Assembly (NCBI GenBank): GCA_051252135.1
Contig: JBPOGH010000001.1
Coordinates: forward strand, 224,001-288,000
Source of the DNA: Verrucomicrobiaceae bacterium
Lineage (GTDB): Bacteria; Verrucomicrobiota; Verrucomicrobiia; Verrucomicrobiales; Akkermansiaceae
Direction: 5' to 3'
DNA length: 64,000 bases
A model generated the notes under the pieces. That model was not told the origin of the DNA, ran no database searches, and saw only the letters and a program-made list of their open reading frames with translations. The position numbers and the translations under genes are program-made. The stretch's first letter is position 1. The number at the start of each line of letters is the position of its first letter. Below, one piece after another: positions 36,722 to 46,313 of the stretch.

Positions 36722-38683
36722 CTAGAAGGAGCGGAGGTGGGGGCGGAAGAGGGGGGCGAGGGCGCGGACTCCTTCTTTGGAGAGGTGGTTCTCGTCGAAG
36801 TAGAAGATGCGGCCGTCTTGTTGGACTCTGGTATGCTCGCCGACGGTCAAGATGGGGAGCGGGTCGAGGATGATGACGCCGGGTTGGGCGAGGGAGTCGA
36901 TGATGGCGTTGACGTCCTTTTGGTGTTCAAGGTGTTCGGCGATGGTGACGCCGGCTTCATCGGGATTGTAGCCGAAGCGGTGGGCCATCCAGAGGGCGGC
37001 CGGGGGGCTGCGGAACTGAAGGGGGGCTTGCTTCATGATGACGACCTCGATGCCGCGATCGCGGAGGGTTTTTACGGTCTTAGTGAGGGAGTCGCGAAAG
37101 ACATCGGGACCGGGGCGACCGTAGGTGTCGCGGTCGCTGAGCGGGGCTTGGCGGGAGTCGGTGCCGCGCTTGTAGTAGAAAGTCCAGCGGCCGATGAGGA
37201 AGGCTTTTTTGATGCCATGGGTCTCGATGGCGGCGAGGACCATGTCGTTGTGCGGGGCGAGTGAGTCGTCATCGGGGAGGCAGTTGACATCGAGGAGGGG
37301 CGGGGTGCTGGAGCGGCAGGCGTAGTAGCCATTGATGCCCTCGGACTCCGCGATTTCCTGGAACATGCTGATCATGCCGCGGGCGTGGCTGTCACCCCAG
37401 ACGAGGAAGGGGAGCGGTTTTTGGTCGGAGGCGGGAAGGAGGATGGGGAAGTCGGTGAAGGCTTCGTCGATGTCCTTGGCGAGCGAGATTTCCATGGAGG
37501 CTTCGGCGAAGCGGGCGTTGTCGCCCTGGAAGCGTGCGGGGATGCCATCGGCTTTGTAGAGACCGGTGAAGAGAAGGGCGAGGACGAGAGTGGACCAACC
37601 GAAGAAGCGGAAGAGCTGGGGTTGTTGGGCGCCCCAGCGTTTTTTGCGGAAGGGGGTTTCGATGAAGAGCCAGGAGAGGATGGCGAGGATGAAGGAGGCG
37701 ATGACGATGCCCCAGCGGACCTCGAGGCTCATTTCATGGATGGAGAGGTGGCGTCCGTAAACGAGGAGGGGCCAGTGCCAGAGGTAGAGGGAGAAGGAGA
37801 TTTTCCCGATGAAGACGATGGGGGAGAGCGAGAGGAGGCGGCCGATGGCGGTGGGTCCGGTCTCGTGCGCGTAGATGAGAAGAGCGGCACCGAGGCAGGG
37901 GGGGATGGCGGCGAGTCCGGGGAAGGGAGTGGCGAGACTGTAAGTCGCGATGGAGTAGATGATGAGAGCCAGGCCGATGAAGGCGGCGGCGGTGCGGGAG
38001 GTGACAGAGCCGAGCTTGGGAAGCGGGAGGATGGCGAGGAGGGAGCCGATGAGGAGCTCCCAGGCTCGGGCGGGAAGGAGGTAGAAGGTTGCCTTTTTAA
38101 AATGCTCCACGCCGTAGAAGCTCCAGACGAGGGAGACGATGAAGATGGTCCAAAGGACGAGGCGGGTGGTGCGTTCCCCGCGTTTGACGAGAGCAATGAG
38201 GAGGAAGGGGAAGAGGAAGTAGAATTGCTCCTCGACCGCGAGCGACCACATGTGAAGGAGGGGCTCGAGATCGGAGGGCCCGGCGAAGTAGCCGTCCTGT
38301 TGCCAGAAGTAGAAATTGGCCACCATGGTGACCTGGGCGATGGCGGCCTTGCCGATGGCAGCGTAGGCCTCGGGCAGGAGAATCCAGGCCCCGGCGATGA
38401 CGGTGACGATAGTGACGAAGACGGCGGGCGGGAAGATGCGGCGGACGCGGCGTTCCCAAAAATTCCTGAGGGTGAATTCGCCCTTGATCATCTCGCGGAT
38501 GATGAGGCTGGTGATGAGGTAGCCGGAGATGACGAAGAAGATATCGACGCCCACGTAGCCACCGGGGAAGCCGAGTCCGGCGTGGAAGAAGAGGACGGGA
38601 ATGACGGCGAGCGCTCTCAGGCCATCGATATCGGGCCGATACTGGAAGCGGTTCCGGAGATGGGCGAAGTCGTCGGGATTCAT
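36722..38683 (-). CDS. OafA/YrhL-type O-acyltransferase (AT3 + SGNH)
   Basis: YRPDIDGLRALAV, GVDIFFVISGYLIT, HMWSLAVEEQFY, WGDSHA, DENH motifs. Confidence 0.95.
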   Translation of the reverse strand: MNPDDFAHLRNRFQYRPDIDGLRALAVIPVLFFHAGLGFPGGYVGVDIFFVISGYLITSLIIREMIKGEFTLRNFWERRVRRIFPPAVFVTIVTVIAGAWILLPEAYAAIGKAAIAQVTMVANFYFWQQDGYFAGPSDLEPLLHMWSLAVEEQFYFLFPFLLIALVKRGERTTRLVLWTIFIVSLVWSFYGVEHFKKATFYLLPARAWELLIGSLLAILPLPKLGSVTSRTAAAFIGLALIIYSIATYSLATPFPGLAAIPPCLGAALLIYAHETGPTAIGRLLSLSPIVFIGKISFSLYLWHWPLLVYGRHLSIHEMSLEVRWGIVIASFILAILSWLFIETPFRKKRWGAQQPQLFRFFGWSTLVLALLFTGLYKADGIPARFQGDNARFAEASMEISLAKDIDEAFTDFPILLPASDQKPLPFLVWGDSHARGMISMFQEIAESEGINGYYACRSSTPPLLDVNCLPDDDSLAPHNDMVLAAIETHGIKKAFLIGRWTFYYKRGTDSRQAPLSDRDTYGRPGPDVFRDSLTKTVKTLRDRGIEVVIMKQAPLQFRSPPAALWMAHRFGYNPDEAGVTIAEHLEHQKDVNAIIDSLAQPGVIILDPLPILTVGEHTRVQQDGRIFYFDENHLSKEGVRALAPLFRPHLRSF

Positions 38684-38684
38684 C

Positions 38685-39905
38685 TTATCTGCTCAGCGTG
38701 ATGACGCACTCGAGGTGGCGGGTCTGCGGGAAGAGATCGAAGGGCTGGATGCGGTCGATTTGATATCCTTTTTCGAGGAAACTTTTGAGATCCCGCATCT
38801 GAGTGGAAGGATTGCAGGAGATATAAACGACCTTGCTGGGGCCGTAGTGGAAGAGTTGCTTGAGGAAGTCCTCGCTGCAGCCTTTTCGTGGCGGGTCGAT
38901 GATGACGGAGGTCTCCTTGGCCTTGAAGGGAATGCCGGAGAAAAGTTGCTCGGCGGAGGCGGCGATGAACTCGGCGTTTTCGATGCCATTGGTCCTGGCA
39001 TTGCGGCGGGCCCAGTCGGCCGAGGTTTCCGAGACTTCGATGCCGACGACCTTTTCAAAATCCTTCGCGAGAGTGAGGGCGAAGAGTCCGGAGCCACAGT
39101 AGGCATCGAGGAGGAAGCGTTGACCCGGGCCGCTGGCTTGTTCGGCGGCGTAGGAAGTGAAGGTCTCGAGAATGAAGGGGTTGTTCTGGAAGAAGTCGCC
39201 CGCGAGGAAATTGAAAGTGAGATCACCGACCTTTTCCGAGACGGGGTTGCGGTGATTGGTTTCGACCTTGCCGTTGGTGGCGCGCATGAGGAGAGTGGAG
39301 CCCTTTTTGTAGGAACTGGCGTTATCGCGGACCTCCTTGCGAGCGCGGGGGAGGTCGGCATTGATCTCATCCATGGCGATGAGGCAGCGGGTGACATCGA
39401 CAATGATGGAGCGTCGGTTGTGCTGGAGGAAGCCGATGGGATTGGGCTTGTTTGGGTGGGGTTTTTGGAAGTGGGGGGTGATTTTTGAGCGGTAGCCCCA
39501 CTCTTTCGGGGAGGGAATGGTGGGCTCAACGGGGGCCTCGATGCCGACCATGTGGGTGAGGAGTTCGGCAACCTGGCGGGTTTTCCACTCGAGTTGTTTA
39601 TCGTAGGAAAGATGCTGGTATTGGCAGCCTCCGCAATTGGCAAAGAGGGCGCATTGCGGCACGACGCGGTCGGGTGAGGGCTCGACGACTTCGACGAGGT
39701 CGGCGTGTGAGCAGTTGGAATCATTACGCCAGACGCGGGCGCGGACTTTTTCGCCGGGGAGGGTGAAGGGGACGAAGACGACCCATTCACCGGGCTTGGC
39801 GATGCCTGCTCCGAGATTTGAGAGAGAGACGATCTCCAGATCCACGATTTCGTGAAACTGGTAGGGTTCGGGCTTAAAGTTCTTCGGCGGAGAGATTGCG
39901 GACAT
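38685..39905 (-). CDS. rlmD: 23S rRNA m5U methyltransferase (RlmD/TrmA family, TRAM + 4Fe-4S)
   Basis: C...CGGCQYQH, FFQNN, DAYCGSG, DPPRKG, YISCNP, FPQTRHLE motifs. Confidence 0.88.
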   Translation of the reverse strand: MSAISPPKNFKPEPYQFHEIVDLEIVSLSNLGAGIAKPGEWVVFVPFTLPGEKVRARVWRNDSNCSHADLVEVVEPSPDRVVPQCALFANCGGCQYQHLSYDKQLEWKTRQVAELLTHMVGIEAPVEPTIPSPKEWGYRSKITPHFQKPHPNKPNPIGFLQHNRRSIIVDVTRCLIAMDEINADLPRARKEVRDNASSYKKGSTLLMRATNGKVETNHRNPVSEKVGDLTFNFLAGDFFQNNPFILETFTSYAAEQASGPGQRFLLDAYCGSGLFALTLAKDFEKVVGIEVSETSADWARRNARTNGIENAEFIAASAEQLFSGIPFKAKETSVIIDPPRKGCSEDFLKQLFHYGPSKVVYISCNPSTQMRDLKSFLEKGYQIDRIQPFDLFPQTRHLECVITLSR

Positions 39906-39910
39906 TGAGG

Positions 39911-40237
39911 CTAGTTGGACGCTGGCTCGGGGAGAGTGGCTTCGGGAAGAGGCGGAGGGACGTTGATCACGGAGTCTTCGGCATCCTGATCGGATTGCGT
40001 TCTCTTGGGAGTGCTGACAACGGTCTTCGTTTCCTCGGCAGTGATGAGCTTTTGAGTGGTGTTGGGATCAGCGAAATCGAGTGGCTCAATGACCGGTCCG
40101 GTGGGTTCGGGGAGCGATGGCTCGGGAGCGGCGGTGACCGGGGCGGGCTTGGGTTCCTCGACAGGCGTTTCCTTTTTTGCGCAAGAAACGAGAGAGAGAG
40201 AGCCCAGGAGAGCGAAAATGGATGGCAGATGTGACAT
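39911..40237 (-). CDS. Small proline-rich lipoprotein
   Basis: MSHLPSIFALLGSLSLVS-C lipobox followed by a P/E-rich body. Confidence 0.65.
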   Translation of the reverse strand: MSHLPSIFALLGSLSLVSCAKKETPVEEPKPAPVTAAPEPSLPEPTGPVIEPLDFADPNTTQKLITAEETKTVVSTPKRTQSDQDAEDSVINVPPPLPEATLPEPASN

Positions 40238-40355
40238 GCGACGTGGCGGGAGAATGAACAGGAGGGAGAAGTCTGACAATGAGGAACTGGAGGGCCTTTG
40301 CAGGTGATTTGTGCTCTCGCTTCTCCCTTTTTCGTTTCGTAAAAGAATCGTATCC

Positions 40356-41549
40356 ATGATCAGAGTAGCGGTCGCCATCCTTTTAATTATCCCGATTTTT
40401 GCGGAAACTCCCGAGTGGAGCGTCTGGCGCGGACCGCTGCGGAACGGGAACTACGATCACGAGACCCGGTGGTCAATCAAGGAGCCGAAGAAGCTTTGGG
40501 AAGCGAAGGTTCATTTGGGATACTCCGGGTGCGCGGTGAGTGAAGGGAGGGTTTACACACTGGGGAACGCAGAGGGAGAGGATTTGATCCAGAGTCTTGA
40601 TCTTGAGACAGGGAAGGAGATTTGGACGGAGAAGTATCCGCAGGATTTGGTCCCGAAATACAATCCCGGGGGGCCGAATGCGCCTCCGGTGATTGAGGGG
40701 AAGTGGCTCTACGTTTTCAGCAAGCAGGGGTTGGTTTCGTGTCTTGATAAGGCGACAGGGAAGGCCCGCTGGACGACTGATTTGGCCAAGGTGGCGGAAG
40801 CGCCGATGCCAACGTGGGGATTTTCCTCGGCACCGCTCATTTTGGAGGATCGGGTGATTCTTAATGCGAACGAGCACGGGGTGGCTTTGGATAGGGAAAC
40901 GGGCGCAATGATTTGGAATTCGCCTTCGAGCTCTTGTGGTTACGCGGCAGCGGTGCCGATGAGGTGTCGCGGAAAGGATGCGGTGGCGATCTTTGGGGAG
41001 AAGGCGATGCGCCTGGTTTCGCAAAGTGACGGGAAGGTGCTTTGGAAGAGGGATTGGGCGACGCGCTACGGGGAGAACTCGGCTGATCCGCAGGTGATTG
41101 ACGGGAAGCTCTACCTGTCCTCGTGGTGGGGTGAGGGGGCGGCGTTATTTGATCCGGAAGCGGATGCGGTCGAGCCGATCTGGGTGAACAAGGAATTTCA
41201 AAATCACATTCAGCCACCGGTGCTGCATGAGGGGCATCTGTATGGCTTTGATGGTCCGGTGCATAAGAAGAAAATTCAGGGGTTTTTTCGGTGTGTGGAT
41301 GCGAGGACCGGAAAAACGGTTTGGTCGCAGCCTGACCTGAAGGGCTCCGTGATTCTTTCGAACGGGAAGCTCATTTTGCTGACTCATGATGGCACGGTGA
41401 TTGTGATCAAGGCAGACAGTGCCGGTTATGAGGAACTGGCGAAATACGAGGGATACGGGAAGCGGACCTGGGCGCCGCCAGTGCTCCATGATGGGCGTCT
41501 TTTCATCCGGGATGCGGATGGATTGCTGACCTGCCTGGATATGAGTTAG
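40356..41549 (+). CDS. PQQ-binding-like beta-propeller repeat protein
   Basis: Signal peptide, W..WRGP.RNG, repeated LD..TGK..W blades. Confidence 0.9.
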   Translation: MIRVAVAILLIIPIFAETPEWSVWRGPLRNGNYDHETRWSIKEPKKLWEAKVHLGYSGCAVSEGRVYTLGNAEGEDLIQSLDLETGKEIWTEKYPQDLVPKYNPGGPNAPPVIEGKWLYVFSKQGLVSCLDKATGKARWTTDLAKVAEAPMPTWGFSSAPLILEDRVILNANEHGVALDRETGAMIWNSPSSSCGYAAAVPMRCRGKDAVAIFGEKAMRLVSQSDGKVLWKRDWATRYGENSADPQVIDGKLYLSSWWGEGAALFDPEADAVEPIWVNKEFQNHIQPPVLHEGHLYGFDGPVHKKKIQGFFRCVDARTGKTVWSQPDLKGSVILSNGKLILLTHDGTVIVIKADSAGYEELAKYEGYGKRTWAPPVLHDGRLFIRDADGLLTCLDMS

Positions 41550-42926
41550 CTATTTCCAACTGCCACCGAGGGCCTGGATCAGCTGGACGGTGGCTTGGTG
41601 TCGGGCCGCGCGAGTTTGGGAGAGGCTCCGTTGTTCTTGAAGTGACTGGCGTTGGGCATCGATGACCTCGAAGAAGGAGATGAGTCCGGCATCGAAGCGG
41701 AGGCGGGTGAGCCGGGAGGCTTCTTTGGCGGCGGCAGCGGACTTCGCTTGGGCGGCGAGGGCGCGATCGAGATTATCGATGCCGGAAAGGGCGTTTTCGA
41801 CATCGCGGAAGGCGTTCAGGACCGAGAGGCGGTGGTTTTCGAGGGCCTCGTGATACTTTGCGGTGGCGATCTCCCTGGATCGTTCCTTCCGACCGAAGGT
41901 GACGATGGGGAAACTGGCATCCGGGCTAATGAGCCAGAGTCGGCTTCCTTTGTCGAAGAGGTCGGAAGAACTTAGGGAAGCAAATCCCGCGCTGGCGGTG
42001 AGGTTGATTTTTGGAAGGTAGTTGGCAAGAGTGATGCCAATTTCCTCCGAGGCGGCAGCGAGACGACGCTCGGTGGCGGCGACATCCGGACGGCGGCGCA
42101 GGAGATCGGCAGGCACTCCGGAGGGAACGATGGGGGTGCGCGGTGGTGCGGACCGGGCGAGAGTGAATGAGGACGGGTTCTGCCCGATGAGGACAGCGAT
42201 GGCATTTTCCAATTCAGTGCGTCTCTGATTGAGCCGGTGGAGCTCGGCGCGGGCGGTCTCGGTCTGGCTTTCTGCGCGAGCTGAATCGATGGAGGTGGTG
42301 TCTCCGGCATTTACCCGGGCTTGAACGAGCTCTTCGTTCTGCTTTCGTAGTTCGACAGTGTCGTTGAAGAGGGCGATTTCCTCATCGAGGTGACGGAGAG
42401 CGAGGTAGTCGCGGGCGACCTCGGCTTTTGTGGAAAGAAGGGCGACGAGGTAGTCGGCGGCGGCGGCTTGGCTGAGAGCTTTTTGTTGTTCGACACTGCG
42501 TCGGACGCGGCCCCAGAAATCGATCTCGTAAGTGAGATTCAGGGCTGAACGATATCGTGAGTAGGGATCGGCCGGAACGGGGAAGATGTCGCGAGTGGTG
42601 TCCTGTTGTCGGGTCACCAGAGCTTCACCCTTCACGGTAGGGATGAGGTCGCTGCGGCTGAGGCCCAGGAGGGCGCGCGCTTGATCGAGGCGAGCGAGCG
42701 CGGCACGGGCTTCGGGATTGGCGGATTCGGTCTTTTTAAGAAGTCCGGTGAGGGTGGGATCGAAGAACGAGTTCCACCAATTACCAGGGAGCGGGGGAGC
42801 ATTTAGTCCGACTGCTTTGAAGTTGGCAGGCAAATCGGTTTTGGGTGCTTGGTAATCGGGACCCACGGAACAGGAAGCCAACCAGAAGAGACTCGAGGTG
42901 ATTGCAATGACAAGAGATGGTTTCAT
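41550..42926 (-). CDS. RND outer membrane factor lipoprotein (NodT/OprM family)
   Basis: LASC-SVGPDY lipobox, YEIDFWGRVR, LLRRRPDV, ALGGSW. Confidence 0.95.
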   Translation of the reverse strand: MKPSLVIAITSSLFWLASCSVGPDYQAPKTDLPANFKAVGLNAPPLPGNWWNSFFDPTLTGLLKKTESANPEARAALARLDQARALLGLSRSDLIPTVKGEALVTRQQDTTRDIFPVPADPYSRYRSALNLTYEIDFWGRVRRSVEQQKALSQAAAADYLVALLSTKAEVARDYLALRHLDEEIALFNDTVELRKQNEELVQARVNAGDTTSIDSARAESQTETARAELHRLNQRRTELENAIAVLIGQNPSSFTLARSAPPRTPIVPSGVPADLLRRRPDVAATERRLAAASEEIGITLANYLPKINLTASAGFASLSSSDLFDKGSRLWLISPDASFPIVTFGRKERSREIATAKYHEALENHRLSVLNAFRDVENALSGIDNLDRALAAQAKSAAAAKEASRLTRLRFDAGLISFFEVIDAQRQSLQEQRSLSQTRAARHQATVQLIQALGGSWK

Positions 42927-42935
42927 GGCTTGGGA

Positions 42936-45900
42936 TTAGGCGAACTTCCGTTTGTTGAAAGAAAAGACGAGCGAGAGCACGGCAGGCACGAGGAACATGG
43001 TGAAGATGGTGGAGACCGCGAGGCCCCCAACGACCACGGCACCGAGGCCCCGATAAAGTTCGGAACCCGAACCGGGAAGAAGGACCAAGGGGAGCATTCC
43101 TCCCACGGAGGTCAGGGTGGACATCAAGATGGGGCGCACGCGAGATCTCACCGATTCCCGAATGGCCTCATTGGCATCGCGATCGGGATCCTCATTCATG
43201 AAATTGATGGTCTGGTGCACGATGAGAATCGCGTTATTGACCACTACGCCGGCAAGAATGACGAAACCAAGAATGGTGAGGACGTCCATGTTTTGCACCG
43301 GCATGTAGGGATCCGAGACCGACGATTTGTGAACGAGAAAGAGACCAAGAAGACCACCCACAGTGGCAAGGGGAACGGAAAGGATAATCACCAAGGGGTA
43401 GGACCAACTTTGGAAAAGAACGACCATCAGCAGGTAAACCACGAAGAGTGCGAGAAAGAGCGAGCTGGTGAAGAGTCCTCCCAAACTTCCGTCTCCCAAA
43501 AGGGCTTCCTTGATCTCGGCAAGTGCATCGGAGGAACCGGCAATTTCGACCTGCACTCCGGGGGCGATCGCGCCCTGGGCCTGTTGCTCTTTGATGATGG
43601 AATCGACCATGGTGATGGCGTCCTCCAGAGCCATGGTGCGAGGTGCGGTGACTTCCAGGGTCACGGCACGAAGTCGGTCAACATGCCTGATTTGCTCAGG
43701 GCCCAGGGCACGCTTGAGTGAAGCGATGGAACGGAGGTCGACGATATCGCCGGCCGGAGTGGCGACCGGAGTGGCGAGGAGCGCTTCGTAAGGAAGATCA
43801 TCGAGGGCTCCGGCGGTGATAATCTTCATATCCTTGAGCTCACCGTTTTTTTCATAGTCACGGAAGAGGAGAATGCCTTCACCGGCGGCTTGCACCGCTA
43901 GCCCGAGGTCGGTGCGGGTCATGCCCAATTCGCGAAGGCGTTCATCATTCGGAACGATTCGAAGCTCTTCGAGTGGCTGGGAGAAATTTGGAGGATTGGG
44001 CTGCACACCTTGGGGACCGAAGCCCTGCATGAATGCCATGAAGAGGCTTTGTGCGGATTTTGCCACGGCGTCCAGATCGCTCCCCTTTACGTCAACCTTG
44101 ATTGCGGAACCGGTGGTTCCCGCGACGCGGAAGAGAGGCATTTGGAACGCGAAAGCGATCGTATCCGGTGCCGCCGCGCCGGATGTCGCTGCGTTGAGCA
44201 GAGGGATGGCGTCGACGACCCGCTTTTTGTCCTGAGAGATGGCGACCTGAAACATCCGCCCCTCAAAGGAGACGAGAAAATAGTGATCCAGGGGTGGAGG
44301 CAGCACTTCACCCGGTTGTCCATATCCGCGCGGGACCGGGGTGCGTTCGTCCTGAGCAGGATCGCGGTCGGTTCCCCGGATCACTTTTTCGACAAGGAAT
44401 TTGTCACCGGTAGCTTCCCAAGCGGGTGCCACGGTAGCCTCCATGCGCCTGCCCGTTTCGGACAGGGCATCGAGATTGTAACTGGGGGCAGGGAAGAGGA
44501 GGCCAAAGATGACATTCCGGTTTCCGCTGGGGAGGTAGTCGAGTGGAGGCAAGAGGATTTTCACTCCAAATATGGTGATGAGCAAAAAGACGCCGACCAC
44601 TGCGAGACGCTTCAAGCTGCTCGAAATCAGCCATCCGACCGTGCCTCCGATGATCTCGGGCAGGCGATTGAATAATCGGGCGACGGGGCGCAATGGAGTG
44701 CCTATCAAGTGGAAGAAGCGCCCTCCAAAGATGCGATCAAAGGCGCTTGCCCCCTCTTTTCCGGGTGGCTTGAGCAGCCTCGCGGCGGCGGTGGGGATGA
44801 GAGTTAGCGACACGATCATCGATAGACCGACCGAGACCATGATAGCCAATGCGATGTCTCGGAAAAGTTGCCCGGCCGTTTCCTGAATCATCAGAATAGG
44901 AGCAAACACGATGAGAGTGGTCAGCGTGGACGCCAAGACCGCACCGGCCACTTCTTTGGTGCCATCAAGCGCTGCCCGGGAAGGCGTTTTGCCAAACTCG
45001 AGGTGACGATAAATGTTCTCAATCACGACGATTGCGTTATCGACGACCATTCCCACGGCGAAGGCCAGGCCTGCCAAGGATATGATATTAATCGAACGTC
45101 CCAGAGCGACGAGGACAACAAGGGAGGCGATCACCGAAACGGGGATCGCGAGGGCGATAATCCCAACCGTTCGCAACGAGCGCAGGAAGAAGAGGAGTGT
45201 CAAGGTTGCGAGGACGGCTCCCACGAGGATGTTGCTCCTTACGAGCTGGATGGCATCCTCGACATAAGTCGTGGAATCATAAGTTTGCACCAATTCGAGG
45301 GTGCCGTTGAGTCCGAGATCCCTGGCCTCTTGGGCAAGGAGACCGGTTGGGCTGTTAAGATCCCTGACCTCCTGGCGCAGCGCTTCCATTGTTTGGAGAA
45401 GGTTTGCCCCCCGGCTGAGCTGGAAGTTGAAAAAGGGCATCTGAATGCCACGGGCGCGGACCCAGGATGTGGGCTCCTTGTAGGCCTCCCGGACCTCGGC
45501 GATATCGCGCAGATAGATTACGCCGTCGGAATCGCGACGGACGATCATTTCCTCGATTTCGGTCGGGCTCTGGAATCGGCCGGTGGCGCGAATTCGGATA
45601 TCCCGCTTTCCGTCGGCCAGTTTACCACCCGAGAAGTTGGCATTGGCGGCTGTGATGGTTTGGTGAAGCGCGGCGAAGGTGATTCCCCGTTGCGCCATGG
45701 CGGTGGGATCGACAACAATATGGAGTTCCGATTGGACAGAACCGCGAACGCCCACTTGTGAAATCCCGTCAATGCGCTCGAAACGGGGGCGGATGCGGCG
45801 CTCCATGAGATCGTTCAGCGTCTCAGCGGGGAAATCGGGATCGCTTGAGGAGAGACCAATCCAAGCGATGTAATCAACAGATTCGATATCGACCGGCTCG

Positions 45901-46289
45901 ACTCTCGGCTGCAGCACGCCGCCGGGGTAACCGGGGACCTCATCCAGTTTTTGAAGGACGTCGGCCGTTGCGCTTTCGATATCGGTGCCTGTTTCAAATT
46001 CCATCCGGATCGAACCTTGTCCATTTGCGCTGGTGGAGGTGAGGGAAACGAGTCCGGTCACCTCACCGAGAACCTTTTCCTGCTCTTCGATGACATCGGA
46101 TTCAATTTCATCGGCAGAAGCCGACTCCCAATTCGTAGTCACCGAGACAACCACCGAGGAGACCTCGGGCGTCATCCGAATGGGGACGACCGTGACGGCA
46201 AGAATTCCGGCAAAGACGGCGAGCAGGGTGCCGACCGCGACGGAGATGGGCTGTGAGATGGCGGTGCCGATAAGGCCTCGATTGGACAT
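42936..46289 (-). CDS. RND efflux permease (AcrB/AcrD/AcrF family)
   Basis: GMVVDNAIVVIENI, GVVVNNAIL, RVRPILMS motifs; 1117 aa. Confidence 0.96.
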   Translation of the reverse strand: MSNRGLIGTAISQPISVAVGTLLAVFAGILAVTVVPIRMTPEVSSVVVSVTTNWESASADEIESDVIEEQEKVLGEVTGLVSLTSTSANGQGSIRMEFETGTDIESATADVLQKLDEVPGYPGGVLQPRVEPVDIESVDYIAWIGLSSSDPDFPAETLNDLMERRIRPRFERIDGISQVGVRGSVQSELHIVVDPTAMAQRGITFAALHQTITAANANFSGGKLADGKRDIRIRATGRFQSPTEIEEMIVRRDSDGVIYLRDIAEVREAYKEPTSWVRARGIQMPFFNFQLSRGANLLQTMEALRQEVRDLNSPTGLLAQEARDLGLNGTLELVQTYDSTTYVEDAIQLVRSNILVGAVLATLTLLFFLRSLRTVGIIALAIPVSVIASLVVLVALGRSINIISLAGLAFAVGMVVDNAIVVIENIYRHLEFGKTPSRAALDGTKEVAGAVLASTLTTLIVFAPILMIQETAGQLFRDIALAIMVSVGLSMIVSLTLIPTAAARLLKPPGKEGASAFDRIFGGRFFHLIGTPLRPVARLFNRLPEIIGGTVGWLISSSLKRLAVVGVFLLITIFGVKILLPPLDYLPSGNRNVIFGLLFPAPSYNLDALSETGRRMEATVAPAWEATGDKFLVEKVIRGTDRDPAQDERTPVPRGYGQPGEVLPPPLDHYFLVSFEGRMFQVAISQDKKRVVDAIPLLNAATSGAAAPDTIAFAFQMPLFRVAGTTGSAIKVDVKGSDLDAVAKSAQSLFMAFMQGFGPQGVQPNPPNFSQPLEELRIVPNDERLRELGMTRTDLGLAVQAAGEGILLFRDYEKNGELKDMKIITAGALDDLPYEALLATPVATPAGDIVDLRSIASLKRALGPEQIRHVDRLRAVTLEVTAPRTMALEDAITMVDSIIKEQQAQGAIAPGVQVEIAGSSDALAEIKEALLGDGSLGGLFTSSLFLALFVVYLLMVVLFQSWSYPLVIILSVPLATVGGLLGLFLVHKSSVSDPYMPVQNMDVLTILGFVILAGVVVNNAILIVHQTINFMNEDPDRDANEAIRESVRSRVRPILMSTLTSVGGMLPLVLLPGSGSELYRGLGAVVVGGLAVSTIFTMFLVPAVLSLVFSFNKRKFA

Positions 46290-46313
46290 GGAACTAGCGA
46301 CGGGGAAAGGGGT

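Noticed and set aside
29406..39488. Long plus-strand ORFs (29406-31145, 32325-33161, 36632-37264, 37385-38701, 38601-39488) and Pro/Ser/Arg-rich alternative-frame minus ORFs
   Set aside because: These are shadows of dnaE2, imuB, the acyltransferase and rlmD, produced by extreme codon skew. They have low-complexity G/E/V or P/S/R composition and no motifs.
29364..39905. Horizontally acquired island suggested by odd composition
   Set aside because: No integrase, att repeats or tRNA border. The skew changes gradually and extends into core genes on both strands.
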